Shown: positions 1-12,762 of the stretch, piece after piece
Layout of the letters: each line of letters starts with the position of its first letter
Position numbering within the stretch: the first letter of the stretch is position 1
From: Podarcis bocagei
Taxonomy: Eukaryota
Strand: one strand, 5' to 3'
Length of the DNA: 64,000 nucleotides
Assembly (NCBI GenBank): GCA_964188305.1
Contig: OZ076886.1
Notes under the pieces: model-generated
Told to the model about the DNA's origin: nothing
What the model saw: only the letters and a program-made list of their open reading frames with translations
Database searches by the model: none
Made by a program: the position numbers and the translations under genes

Positions 1-312
1 TATTGAAAGAACCAAAGTTTAAATGTTAAATACAACAATATGTTTTATTTTTAGAGTAAATGGATAATAAGGGATTTAAACTTAAATTGCAATTGAAAGT
101 ATAAAGGAACACATGAAACAAGATTATAATTTGCTGACAAATTTATTGTTAAGAATGCATTGTGCGGGAGATGTGGGGAAGTTCGATAGAAAGATGAAGT
201 AAGCTGTTGAAAAGTCATACTTTTTTCTTCTTTTGTCTTTTATCTTTTTGTTTCTCTTTCTTCTGTTTATGTTTGAAAAAATGTAATAAAAACTATTTAA
301 AAAATAAATAAA
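1..312 (+). mobile_element. Probable LINE (L1-like) 3' end with A-rich tail
   Basis: AT-rich sequence, T-rich 3'UTR-like tract (220-270), AATAAA and A-rich tail (285-312); family assignment by resemblance only. Confidence 0.35.
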
Positions 313-1689
313 TGTGTATCTGCCTCAAATATGTAGGAAGTGGAGGAGACTGGTTTTAATTGGGGTGCAGATGAGAAGTGTAGAACCCTTCTGCTGCTCA
401 TAGCTTACACCTCTCTTCAAGAGCAGCTAAGGAGAATTCTTTTTGGGGAAACCAATGGTCTTTGTTGTGAAATCTTTGTTAAGATGCAGAGTTGAGCACT
501 CCTAAACCATGAACCCACTTTTCTTCTTAAAATGGACCCCTGCCCCTATGACTGGGGCAGATCCATATATAAACACATGGTTTGCCACGATCATATCCGA
601 GTTTGGCTGTTAATAGCATACATGCAAATTATTCTACAGGGTACATAACAGTGAAACATAATGATGCTAGTAATGACCTCCCATCAAAATGTGGTTATTA
701 AGGAAAGGCTATATTCAGTTTCTCATCTACATGCAGTATTCCAGTTAATATTTATAGCGTGCCCTCTGGGCTATAGTTAAAACAGGGAATCATATTTTTC
801 TACAAAATGGCTCCTTCGCTCCTGAATTCACGGCTTGGGCAATTAGTGGCCTGAAACTGGAAAAAAGAAATAGTGATTCAGACTTGCCAGTTGAATTCAC
901 AACCCAAAACTTCACTCTGCCATCACGGATGTGACTTTCCCCTCTGCTTCAGACCACATGAATGGCAGAGGGGAGAGCCCAATCCAGCCAGCAACATTTT
1001 CTTTGTGTTATCTGAGCAGGCAGTTCTTTCTAATTTAATTTAATTTTGATTAAGGTAGCTGTAGGAGTGGAACGTAACATGAGAGTCAGGAAAGCAGGCA
1101 GGAAGACTAACTCAGAGGCACAGAGAAAAAACAGAGACTGAAATAAGAGAACAAGAACCAGGATGTGACTCAGCACAATTGCAATGGGGGAGGGAGGAGA
1201 AACAGGCCAGTGGAGGTTTAGCAGGCTTTCAGTTAAAAAGAAAGGCTTTATTTTACATATGTCCTCTGACTGACAGTTAAATAATAGCAAGCACCTTTTG
1301 AAACAAAAACACCTGCCATAGTTCCCTCCCCTTCTTTTGTCATTAACAGTATAAATAGATAGAAACTATAAATCCCCCCTTTGCAGTTCTGGCTTTCCTT
1401 GTTTCATTTTGTTTTTCAGCCTTCCTTTATTGCAAAATTTCAAACTTCTGCAGCCGCAGTCCGATAACTAAAGGATGCTTTTAAAAATAAAGGGGTGGGG
1501 GGTGGGAATAGGAAGAAGGGAAGGTCAGGAGGAAAAGTGCCTGCTAATAAATCTGCATTTTTTTCCCCAGGCTTCATTAGCCCATGCCAGGCCATCATAG
1601 TTGACAGGCCTTAGCTCCAATCAGATGATTCTGCTCCTGGTCAGCAACTCCTCTCCTGGCATCCTGGCATACAGCACAAGTATTGAAGG

Positions 1690-2021
1690 CAGCGGCAGGG
1701 CATATGGTGCATATAACCCATGGCAGGGTGTGGAGAGTGCCCCCCCAAGCGCGGGACAGCTGCTCAGGTGCATGGAGCTGCGCAAATTCCCTGCCGCCAA
1801 TGGTGGATATTCAGCACACCGCCTGCCTGTGACTCCCAAGCCTCCCTCAGCTATCAAAACAAAGGGAGAATACCACCGGCAAAGCAGCACAGCTCCCCCC
1901 TTCCCCCAACGGCTTGAAGTAGGCTTGGGAGTCACGGGTGGGCAGCACACCAAATGTCACTCCCTCAGCAAAGACACCCAGGGTGGTCCACCCCCACTGC
2001 ACCCCCCTTCCCCCGCCCCTG
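1690..2021. mobile_element. hAT (Tip100-like) non-autonomous element
   Basis: Perfect 8-bp TSD ATTGAAGG (1682-1689, 2022-2029); termini CAGCGGCAGGG / CCCCGCCCCTG; internal inverted repeat (GTGACTCCCAAGCCT / AGGCTTGGGAGTCAC). Confidence 0.75.
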
Positions 2022-2169
2022 ATTGAAGGGTGTGCATAAGCTTTCACGTGATATGGAGCTATCATCACTTGGGGTGCAATTCCTCCCTTCAGGCATTTAT
2101 GCTGCCTGCATGACCACTGGAGGTAGAACTATTTGGTACTGATGGGATGCTAAGTGTTAAGATCTAAAG

Positions 2170-2305
2170 CAGGCATAGGCAAACTCAGCCCTCCAGATGT
2201 TTTGGGACTACAACTCCCATCATCCCTAGCTAACAGGACCAGTGGTCAGGGATGATGGAAGTTGTAGTCCCAAAACATCTGGAGGGCCAAGTTTGCCTAT
2301 GCCTG
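2170..2305. mobile_element. 136-bp palindromic hAT (Charlie-like) MITE
   Basis: Near-perfect hairpin CAGGCATAGGCAAAC...GTTTGCCTATGCCTG; perfect 8-bp TSD ATCTAAAG. Confidence 0.9.
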
Positions 2306-2828
2306 ATCTAAAGGTTTGTCTCATTCTCCATGCATGGATGTCAAGGGGATGGGGCCAGGCAGTAGGAGGCAAGGGCAGCAACACAGCTTCCCTTCTGTTT
2401 GTCCTCACTAGCCATCATGAAGAAGGACATTTTGCTAGTTTTTGATAAAATAGAAATCACAGTATTCTAAATCTTCACCCAGTATAACTGAGCTTGACAA
2501 TGGCTAGGCAAACAAATGGGTTTGTTGTTATGTAACAGATTTACATTAAATAGAGTGCTTTCCCCCTATCCCTCATCCTTTCTAGCAATGAAAAGAATAG
2601 CAAAGGCTTTTATTACCTCTGCAAGGCTAAGGTCCCACTTGCCTGGTTATCCCAGTTTGTGGCTGGGCGGTCCCTTCAGTTTTTCTGGCAACAAGCTGCC
2701 CATACGATAGACCTCTTCTCTTCTGTGAATGTGTGCAAATTCTATTTTTAAAACCAACCAAGCTAGGAATAGTGTGTAAAGGAAGCTAAACTCTCAGTAT
2801 AATTTGTGACTGCGCACCTTTTGTGTGA

Positions 2829-2995
2829 GGCGGTATGGTGAATGTCAGAGTAGGACTGAGGACACTTGTGCCCAAATTCCCCCACCCATCTCCATGAAGT
2901 TGGAAGGGCAGAGAGTGATGACTTTGGGATAGGCCAGTCATAGTGGTAGAGTTGGAAGGACCAAAAAGGCCATCAAGTCCAACCCCCTACAGGAA
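2829..2995. mobile_element. Degenerate CORE/MIR-like SINE fragment (+) followed by CR1-type 3' tail fragment (-)
   Basis: Resembles the copy at 36100; TCATAG...GAGTTGGAAGGACC...CATCAAGTCCAACCCC is the reverse complement of the CR1-type tail at 52880-52944. Confidence 0.45.
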
Positions 2996-3104
2996 TCACA
3001 GCTAAATAATAACTCCACTCTTAAATCCCAATACATTCCTAGCCATGACCATCCCTCCTTCTGTTCTGAGAGCCATGGAGACCTCGATGTACCATAGTAA
3101 TCTA

Positions 3105-3480
3105 TGCATTAAAGCAGTCTTTGAGTACTGCATCCCCTGGTGAGAGCCAGTACATCTCCAGTACTGCCATCCTCAAGCATCTGAAGGTCTCCAGGCTCCT
3201 CAAAAAACTCTACTCTGTCTGCCTTGCTTCCCCTTATGCTTGGAGCTGTCTCCTGGAACAACTGCATGACGCTACCTCTGTTATTTCCTTTAAATGCCAT
3301 CTTTTCGTTGAAGCCCTTGGAGTAACTCACCTCTAGACTCCATACCCACTACTCTACTGAGTTAAAGAAGATGAAAAAAAGCATCTTCTCCCCCTGTTTA
3401 CTTTACTTCTTTTCCCTTATTTTGTCCCCCGTCTGTTGAATTTTAAATTGTAAGCCCCTTGCGATAGGAGGCATGTTTTC
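3105..3480 (+). mobile_element. Old L2 LINE 3' fragment
   Basis: Decayed L2 C-terminal/3' signature (GCTTCCCCTTATGCTTGGAGCTGTCTCC...TTTAAATGCCATCTTTTC...TTGTAAGCCCCTT). Confidence 0.5.
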
Positions 3481-4607
3481 TCATTCTTTTAAAAAGTCCC
3501 ATGGACACAGCCAGTTTGAAGACCCGCTTAGTCTTAGAGAAAGGGAGGCTTCCGTAACGACAGCCAATCCAGCTACACAATCAGCACAACAGCAACAATG
3601 CAAACATTGTCCTCCCAAGAAGACCTTGACTGTCACAAGGTGGGCAACCATTTAATTAAACAGGGAGTTTTTTTGAAATGCTGGGTCAGAATGAACTAAT
3701 AAAAAATATTCAGACACCTCATATCTAATACTTTACCTCTTTCGACCCATCAAAGTATTTCAATGGATCCTTTGTTTCTCCTCAAGCTGACAACTGACAC
3801 TCATTTCCTGGATAGCAAAAGGCCCATTCTGCTCCTACCAATGGCACAACATTTATTTAGTAAAAAAATAGAATTAAAGGGGTGGGAGGCAAACACCCTA
3901 CCCCCTTTAGCCTTATATATTGACATAGTCCTGGACTTTACCTTTTAAAGGATGACATATGGGTTATGGAAGCCACAAAGGCAACAGTAAGTTCCATCAC
4001 TGCAGAGATACATTCAAAAGTGATTGACAAAGTGCTAATCTAATGGCTGGAAACACATGAAAAGAAACTGAAAGTTATTGTTCTGTGTATTTCATATATG
4101 CAGACTTGTCAAAGAAACATATGACACACATTTTTGAGATGTGAGAGTAATAATTTTGGAACAGGAGCACTACAGAGAAGCATTCCAGTCCAAAACCTTT
4201 AGATGGAAATAATTTCTTTTGATGTCAGTGGAAGTTGCTTCCAAAAAAATGTAGTCTAGGATTTCAAGCACCTGTCTACCAAATGTAGTGTTGGCATCTG
4301 TTAATGAAAAATATTCCCAAACTATCTGTGGCTCTCCACTTCATTAAAAAAAATATAGAAGCTAAGGTGGGTAACGTGGGGTTTGCAGTCATCTCTCACC
4401 CAGATGCTGACTCGATCCAAACATGCTTAGCTTCAGTAAGAAGCTTCAAGTGGTCAAACAGACCCATGAGGGCCCAAACTTGGCAAGAGGTGCAAAGATA
4501 TACATGCCGCCTTCACCCAACTCTCAGTGTAGATGTGCATGGTGCCCCACCCATTCCTCTTTGGACCTTTGCATTCCAGTGTAAAGATCCATAGAGAGGT
4601 TCTAACC

Positions 4608-4744
4608 CAGGCATAGGCAAACTCGGCCCGCCAGATATTTTTGGGACTACAATTCCCATCATCCCTGACCACTGGTCCTGTTAGCTAGGGATCATGGGAG
4701 TTGTAGTCCCAAAACATCTGGTGAGCTGAGTTTGCCTATGCCTG
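4608..4744. mobile_element. Palindromic hAT MITE (same family as 2170-2305)
   Basis: Same TIRs; TSD TTCTAACC/TTCTAAGC. Confidence 0.9.
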
Positions 4745-5596
4745 TTCTAAGCATTCATTGGTAGATGTTATCCTTCCTTTAATCAGCAGCCCTGATTGTG
4801 CAGAATCCCCAATCATGAGGGGGTTTCTAACCATTGAGAGAGGAGCTGGCACATGAATGGATGCTGGGGGCATGTCGTGTTTGAGTTTCTGTTATGACGG
4901 CTTTTCAGCTCTGTACGGATGCTCATGAAAGTGGCAGGACAGGCATGGAAGCAAACACAGGTTATCTTTAAACCATCCAAGTTGACACAAGGAAAAGACT
5001 GAGGTGTGGTAGAACTCATCCTGCTTTGCTGCCGCTAAAATTACAGAGCACTGGCCCAGACATCATTATGCAAAGTCTCAACAGTGCTCACCATTTGAGG
5101 AAAACACTGATTAGCTCCAAACTAACTAGAATAGCCGTTTGAGGTAATGAAGGTCCTTTCAGCACCAGCGTAGCTTTGATTTTATTTACAGATAAAGCAA
5201 ACTTTACCAGGGTATCATTTCCTATGTTAGAGCCTGTATCCAAGAGTGGCATGTTTTCTTGCATCTCACATTTCCCTATAAGCAAAACATCCCACATTAC
5301 CTCACCCAGGGCCAGTTCAGAAAACCAGTAGGCAGAAGTAGTGAACTTCATTTTGCTCTCTAGAGCTCAGCATGGACCAGAAATTGTGGAGCACAATGGA
5401 AGCTTAAAGCCTTTATTCTGCACTTTATTTCTTATTTTTACAGGCTTTCCCAGAAGAATGGGTTGACTCACAGACTGTATCTGATTTCGTTTTTGAGAAA
5501 TGTTTTGTCTATTTTTATCTGTTGCATTTCTGTTGCTTTATCTTTTTTTATGTAATGTTTGGCAGTTTATAAACTTTCCAAAATAAGTGAATTTTA

Positions 5597-5608
5597 TACA
5601 CACGCACG

Positions 5609-5647
<39 letters not shown>

Positions 5648-5648
5648 A
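5597..5648. repeat. (CA)n microsatellite
   Basis: Seen directly. Confidence 0.95.
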
Positions 5649-5784
5649 CTAGAGTTCCCTTCCCCATTTTTTTTTTATTGTGTACACAACAAAAAATGTA
5701 AAATTACACCAGCTCATCATCCAGTTACAACCATGGCATTTTGACTACAAATCAAAACTAGTAAGAAACAGTTTTGAGTGTTAT

Positions 5785-6340
5785 GTATCCTTCAAATCAA
5801 GCACCTCTGATGACCATCGTTTTGTCAAATGCTCTTTGTTAGAAATCTCTAGCCCATTGACAAACTACAGTTACTAGCTTTCCAGAAGACAGTGATAAGC
5901 ATTGATCAGGTTTGAAACCAGCTTACATTTATAGCGTAAGATTGTACTCCAACTCAAGAAACATTGTCATTGAAAGAGGAACAAAGCCTGTTTTGTACAC
6001 AATGAGCATGACCACAGATTTCCCTCTCTCCCAATATTTTCCTGGGATGCCATGTTCTCGTATATAGGCTTTTGTGATGTTGAACTAACCCTCCCCCCCC
6101 CACACACACAATCAGTGGTGATCCTTATTATGACAACACAAAAATGCCTCCAGTTGGCACAGCACACAAAGATGTAGCAACGTCTGCAGCATTCCCAGGA
6201 TCAGGCCATGCAATAAAAATCCATGGAAGCCAGTTCCTTAATGACACAATTGTGTCCACAGTGAATCCAAAATGCAACGCACAATGTATTGGGAAGTGAA
6301 AGAAGAAGCAACTCCTCCCACCAAACCTTTTGCCTTCAGA
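5785..6340 (-). promoter_or_regulatory. Copy 1 of duplicated candidate Pol II promoter (TATA, Inr-like site, Sox sites)
   Basis: Direct-repeat homology with 12763-13350; minus-strand TATAAAT at 5933-5927; TCA(+1)AT 30 nt downstream (5903); ACAAAG-CCTG-TTTTGT at 5981-5996; CCAAT near 6031. The duplication is certain; promoter function is inferred. Confidence 0.5.
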
Positions 6341-6667
6341 GCTTTCTGGAGATAGCCTCAGCCTTTTAACCTAAAAAGAAATGAAGATATATTAGCTAAT
6401 ATATATTAGCACTTGTGAAGGGCTGTGCAGTTGTAATTCATCCAGAACTGCCTGTGCCAGGGCTGGGCAAGCCCTCCACATGCTGTTGCACTCCTGCTCT
6501 CATTTTCCCTCACCTTTGGCCATGCTGGCAGGTCTGAAGGGATCTGGAATCCACCAATATCCACCAACCTTGGACACAAAAAGTGGGGAGTGTAGCTGGA
6601 AAGCTGATATTGTTTAATTTGAACAAAATGGTAATTAGACATATTAGGTGCATATGTTGATTAAGCA

Positions 6668-7410
6668 CGGGGTATTCAAACTTTTTAAACAGGGGGCTGG
6701 TTCACTGTCCCTCAGACACTGTCGGGGGCTGATGGGAAGTTTTGGAGAGTGGGTTGGTGTGCTCGTGGGAGCTGGGTGCCTCGAAAGCCGGGAGCCTACA
6801 GGAGCTGACCAAGAGTGGCACGCACTGTCTGATGCTCCGCTTCAAGGAACATGGACACTGAGACAAGGATGAGCTGGTGACTCACTTGCAGCTGCCGCCC
6901 CATGCAGGTGTTTCCTCCCCTTCACCTTCCTGCTCCCTGGAGGTAAAGGCCACTTCATCACCAGCCTCATCATCCTCCACCGTCACGTTGGCCACCAATG
7001 GGAATGCGACGGTGGCAGCCCCGCTGAGTCCTAGCCCAGGCCAGCTATCCTCCTCCAGGAATGCTGCTGCCACCCCCCATGGGGACGCAGAGCGGCAGCA
7101 GCCACAGGAGCACTAGGGTGGCGGGGGCGGGAGGAAGAGGCCAAGCAGCGGGCGGCTCCGCCAATCAAACGCCGTGCCTGGTTTACCTCAGAACAGCGTG
7201 GGGATGACTCTGCCAATCAAGCACCGCACTGCGCTGAGGTAAACCAGGCGCGGCGTTTGATTGGTAGAGCCACTGCTGCTCAGCCTCTTCCTTCCGTCAC
7301 CGTCGCTGGGAATCTCGGCTTCGCGGCAGGTTCTTAAATGGCTGGGTGGGCTGGATTTAGAGCTCTGGTGGGCCTGATCCAGCCTGGGGGCCATAGTTTG
7401 CTGACCCCTG
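6668..7410. mobile_element. hAT (Charlie-like) non-autonomous element, GC-rich
   Basis: Termini CGGGGTATTCAAAC / GTTTGCTGACCCCTG; TSD ATTAAGCA/ATTAGGCA; internal inverted repeat about 7130-7292. Confidence 0.8.
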
Positions 7411-9044
7411 ATTAGGCATTTAAATGCCAGGCAATGTCAGGGATAGTGTGCACCCAAATTATATATAGATAGAATGTGCTCAGTTTCTGTACGTAGACTG
7501 CCCAAGCTATATGTTTTAAAACTCCTACTTGCTTTTGCCTGGAACCTCCTCTTCTGGTAACACTTTGCCACGCCCTTGTAAATAACCTGTGTCCCTGTTA
7601 GTTACTGAGCTAAGGCAAAGTCATAAATAATGGTTACTGCCACTGATACAGGGGGTAAGCATGGACTAGAGCACACTTTGTGTCCTTTCAGCTGCAGTGT
7701 TGTGTCCAATGGGAAATTTGTGCAGTTGGAAAATGTACTTTGAAAAACCTGGAGTCCACCAACAACTAGAAGGGCACAGATTCTTCATACGTGTCCTGCA
7801 CACTTACACACATACGTACTGAAACCAATCCAGGAAATAAAAGAAGGCTGCAGAGAAATAGAGGGAAACCTACAAATGGAGGGAAGAGGAGAGCAAAGAG
7901 CCACAACAGTGACTGAGAAGAAGCAGAGCAGACCTTTCCTTTCACAGGAGCTCCTGGAGAGGCTGTCCCATGGAAAATTATAAAGGAGCTCCCAGCTCTT
8001 ATTTTGGGTGCAGAGCATTCATTGGTAGGTCTTTACTCCAAGTTTGCAGCAGCAAACTTAGATCCATGGCTTTGAGCCAGTGGAGAATGCAACAGCCATT
8101 CCTGAGCAAGGGAAATATTTGGGCAGGGGCAGGTGGTGGTATTAAACAGCCTTGCCTCTTGCATTTCTGGAAATTAGTCTGATTTAAAAACAAAAACAGG
8201 CAATTTTTGTGGATTGTATTTTTTATTTTTTTCTGGCACATTGGCAACTCTAATCATGAGCAGGAAAAAGTGAGGTCTCCTGTCTGGTCGGCCTCCTGCT
8301 CATGTTTTGTACCGAGAAGTTACATTTGTGTTCTCCCTGCGACTGCAGTCATAGAACCTCTTATTTCCAGTAATAGCTGTGATTCATTCTCCTTCTATTG
8401 TGCTAAAGTTCAGATAGTGTGGCTTTTTGTTAAGGATTCTAATCAGAAATAATATGTCATTAGACCAACTGCTGTACGGGATGGATCAGCAATCATCCCT
8501 ATCTGGCACTTATTTTGGCAGACAATGATGTTATAGTTGTTTGCTAACATTTATGCTTGCAGGTATACGTTAGTTTGTGGGTCATATTCTAACATTCCTT
8601 ACATTGCACTAGGACACACACACAGAAACACACACAAAAAATACGCATCACAGTCTCTAAACAAGTCAGTCAAGCTTTATTTATTTATATCCCCCTTTTT
8701 CTGCAACTACTGCACTCTTGAGGGTGCCTCCAGCTGACCTGTTTAATGAGCATTCATTCTGCTTTGCTTGCACAAGGCTTATGCAGAGGTTAGATTACAC
8801 CCGGTCTGAGCATTCATTTGGATTTGTTTGTGGGGCAGTTATAGGACCATAAGCATTCATTCTGAATTTATTCCCCCATCTTCCCACTGATCAAGTCCAT
8901 ACTCTATCCATTATTCCACACTGGCCTGGTTTGTACAACATGGTCAACCAGAGTATAGCTTGCTGTGGCTGTGCAGATGTGCTGGCTCTTGGTGAGTTTG
9001 TGCCCACTTTGTGCTTGCTTCCTCCCCAAGTCAGCACACGATAG

Positions 9045-9375
9045 CAAGTAAACCAAGATTTGGCTTAGCATGTTGTCTGAACCCATGATCAAGGTTAAGG
9101 TTTCTCCTCTTAAACCATGAACTATAATAACCATAAGACAAACCTTGGCCACAGATCATGGTTAAAGAGAAGAGACTTCAACCACAATCCCAAACTGAGA
9201 TGTCACACTAAACCACCCCTTGCTGCACTGCCCTAGAAAGCCCGGGGGGGGGGAGCTGTGATCTCCTCCATGGGTGCCAGCATGTCCACACATTCATGCT
9301 AAGCCATGGGTTGGGTTGGCATGTTGTGAAAATGTGGCCAGTGACTCCATGGGCTTGTCCACACTGGGAGACTGC
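9045..9375. mobile_element. Degenerate MITE (AAACCATG/GCTAAGCCATGG-type)
   Basis: Recurrent motifs shared with about 500-620, 23270-23310 and 24585-24620; boundaries approximate. Confidence 0.35.
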
Positions 9376-11094
9376 AAAAGTGTGTGTTGAGAATTTATAG
9401 TTGACTCTTTGCTTTTGCATACTTCCTGGGCTGGGATTCATTAAGCAAACAAACAAACAAACAAACAAACAGAACCAAGATGCACACGAAGCTATCTGTT
9501 CACATGCCCAGCTGGTACTTAACTGGCATAATAGAACCAACAAATTAGAAGGTGGGGACAAACACAAAAGGGAATTCCTACTACTATCAATGGAAAAGAC
9601 CAATGTTGCTCCTCATATACAGATTCAAATATCTGTGGATATGTGCAACGTGGTCTAATTCAAATGTGGAGGAAGTGGATTAACAACTAAACAATGCTCA
9701 AATGTGGACCAGCACTACAATTCACATTCACATACAGTAACCCCCCCCCCACACACACACATACACACATGAGCCAGGGAAGAATTTCCCTGCCTGGATC
9801 AAAATTTAATCCAATAATGAAGACACAATAAGAACGCAGACATCTATTTCAGTGAAGACATCTGACCTGTCAGTTACAGAAACAGATTAATCTAATTAGA
9901 GCTTATTATGGGATAAAGTGCTCATTGTTTTAAAAATCAGAGGGAGAAAGAAAAAGAGAGGGAAGCCTGATCTGAATTACCAAAATGTTGCCTGATAATT
10001 CTATTATTATGCACTTTGTAATGCCCTGGAAGCTTCTTTAAATAAGCACTGCTGTGGACTTTGATTTTAAAAAAATTATAAACCTCATAGCATTCTTGTA
10101 TTGTATCTTCATCTTCAGCAAAAAGAGGCATCACCATTGCCGGACCATTGCATAAGCGACCTGTTTGAAATGTGATAAAAACAAAAAGTAACCAGGGAAT
10201 GTGCATATTGCCTGGAGAATGTACTAAATGCTGTCAATATGCAAATTCTCCAAGGCCTGTTGGAGATTATGTGTATTAACTGGAAAATGTGTACAATTTC
10301 CCTTCTTAAACAGATTATATGCTCATTCTCCATGAAGCCTGGTGAACATGCACAATGGTCAGTTGTTATATACATTAACCATTCGGCTTACATTACCACT
10401 AAAATATACATTGGTGCAACTTCAGTTAGGTTTAAATGTGAAATATTTTTCAAATTAATATACACAGAGGATGGTAGCCAACTCAAACTGTCCATCAGTG
10501 CAAGAATCTCCACTTACAGAGCAGAGCTTCTCTCCTCCCCTTTCACCACGTGGCTCCTAAATCTGTTCTCCCAACACCTCTGGAGCAGATTTGGGAAGGG
10601 CACAGGGTGTGCGTGGGGAGAGGGGGAGGCCGGCCCATTGTGCATGAAAAAATCCTTGCACTGACAGATACCACACACTTGTTTTTCATACGCAATGGCT
10701 CTCAGTTACAGAGTTTGCAGAATTTATGCTTCCTGTTCCACGAAGAACATGATTCAGCATTCGTTTAATTCAGTAAAATTCAGACCTTTCGAGTTTGCAC
10801 CACCCAGTTGAACCCTGCCTACCACTTTGTATGGCACTGTGATGAACATTTGCCATTCTGTTAAATGCTCAGCTATTCCTCTCCTCCAGTCCAGGTTGCA
10901 GCTGAATACTGCTACCAGCAACATCATGGCTGAGGACAAACTGTGCATTACTCACACATCCTTAATGCATTGAAACAAGCCGGGCTCCAGGAACTGTAGC
11001 CAGTGGTCAAATGCACAATGCCTGGAGTTTACATACTCTCAAGGGGCCTATGATTTATTTATATTTGATGACTTTGTTGATAGAAATTGTCATT

Positions 11095-11716
11095 GATAGC
11101 TCAGCAGGTTAGCATGTGGTGTTGATACGGCCAAGGTTGCATGTTCGATCCTTGTATGGATGGCAGAGGTTTTCAACCTTTATTGGTCCATGGGTCCCTT
11201 GGCCAACTAAATTCTTTCTGCAGCACCCCTGTGGGGCTCAGCAGCCCAGTAATGTCACCATTTGCCTGCAGAGCCAGCGGCCCCTCACCTCTTTTTGAAC
11301 ACCCTCCCTTGGGGAGTGTTCCTTCAGCCTCCTCTCTTCTCCCCTCTCCTGGGTGGCTGCAGCTGCGCCCCCCCCCAATTTCTGAGGTGCCCCCCCTGCC
11401 CCAAAGAGAGGTGCCTCCTCACACTGCCCCCCTGGAAGCACCCCCTGGCCAGCCCCAGAAGACCATTTACCTACAGAGCTTCTAGCCAGGGCTGCTACAA
11501 CAAACAGCTGTGCAAGCATTTGGAAGGCAGTGATGTGAGAGGGCATCAGACGAGGGAGGGAAAGAAAGAGGGACAGAGGCCAGTGTTGCCTGCGGCACAC
11601 CTGACCAGGGCACCCTGGTCAAAAACCACTGTTGTATGGGATAGCTGCATATTCCTGCATTGTGGGGAGTTGGAATAGATGATCCTCAGGGTCCCCTCCA
11701 ACTCTACCCTTCTATG
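11095..11716 (+). mobile_element. tRNA-headed, CR1-tailed SINE interrupted by a hAT element
   Basis: A box GATAGCTCAG, B box GTTCGATCC; resumes at 11632; ends GGTCCCCTCCAACTCTACCCTTCTATG. Confidence 0.75.
11164..11631. mobile_element. hAT (Charlie-like) non-autonomous element
   Basis: Termini CAGAGGTTTTCAACC / GGTCAAAAACCACTG; TTGTATGG on both flanks (left copy followed by extra ATGG). Confidence 0.75.
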
Positions 11717-12762
11717 TTTCTGTGTTCTTTAAAGGCATAAGCCTGAAACAAATGGACACATATATTTTTTCAAGCTTTCCACAGTGATCTTTACTGTCTG
11801 GGATGAAGACCACACCAACAGTGAGTGTGGGCAGGGCGAGGGGAGCACAGGTCTGTCTGGTCACTGATACTACTTGAGATGCAGAGCACTTTGGAGCAGA
11901 AATTTAATCCATTACTATGTTTGTGAACCCTGCACTGAAACATTACCTTTTGGTTTAGTCTTACAACCATCAAGCTCAGTTACATGGGAGCCCAGGAGAA
12001 GAAAGAAATGCACCGCTAACAATATGAAAATGCTGTCGGCCTCTTTAGAATGTGTGTGAATACATGCTCATCATATATGTTAACCAGGACTCAAGCGACA
12101 TTGGACAGCAGCAGGTCCTCTTATTTCAAACCAAGTCACATATAAGGAGGAACAGAGCAAGCTACCAAGTCTGTCTGCTGGTCCATCTAACTCTGGTTGC
12201 TTTAGTATGCAGATCATGTGCTCTACCACTTTCCTTTTCCTTTTTGGCACTCTCGCCCTTTTGCTCTAAAAATGGATTCTTGATCTCCACCCCTCCATTT
12301 AAATGTGACCAGGACAGGGCCAGGCTCGCCACTGTCAAATTTCATTTGAGCTTGCTCATCCATGTTTCCATTGCTTCCCCAAAAGCAATTGCCAAAATTG
12401 CTTGGATAGTTGTCTGTTCTGATACGGGTTTTCAAAGAAGGAAGATGGCACGTAGGGTCAGACGAGGTTACAGAAAATGTGCTCCTTGCATATCTTTGTG
12501 GTCTCAGTATTGTCTCAAAATGGTTCACAAGGGGGGCTTGCAACAAAGCATTGTGCTACAGCCTGCTCCTATTCGGTGTTCCAGCCAGCCAGCCAATCTG
12601 GAATTCCTCTAGGATACTTCATTTCATTCCCTCTCCCCACTCCAGTTTTCCAGGTCTCCTCTGACAGACAGCCCCCTGTTTGGGTGGGTGGGCCTTCCTT
12701 AAGACCCCCCCCCCAAATAACTTATTGAACTTTTGCAAACCCTGGCACTCCCCTAAACAAAC

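Noticed and set aside
1601-2068. Overlapping 65-141-aa ORFs
   Set aside because: They lie mostly within a TSD-flanked hAT element; no recognisable protein
6648-7394. GC-rich ORFs and CCAAT boxes resembling a CpG-island promoter
   Set aside because: Internal to a hAT element with TIRs and TSD
12052-12612. 186-aa (+) and 107-aa (-) ORFs beside promoter copy 2
   Set aside because: Non-ATG starts, no recognisable motif, no good acceptor; not supportable as CDS
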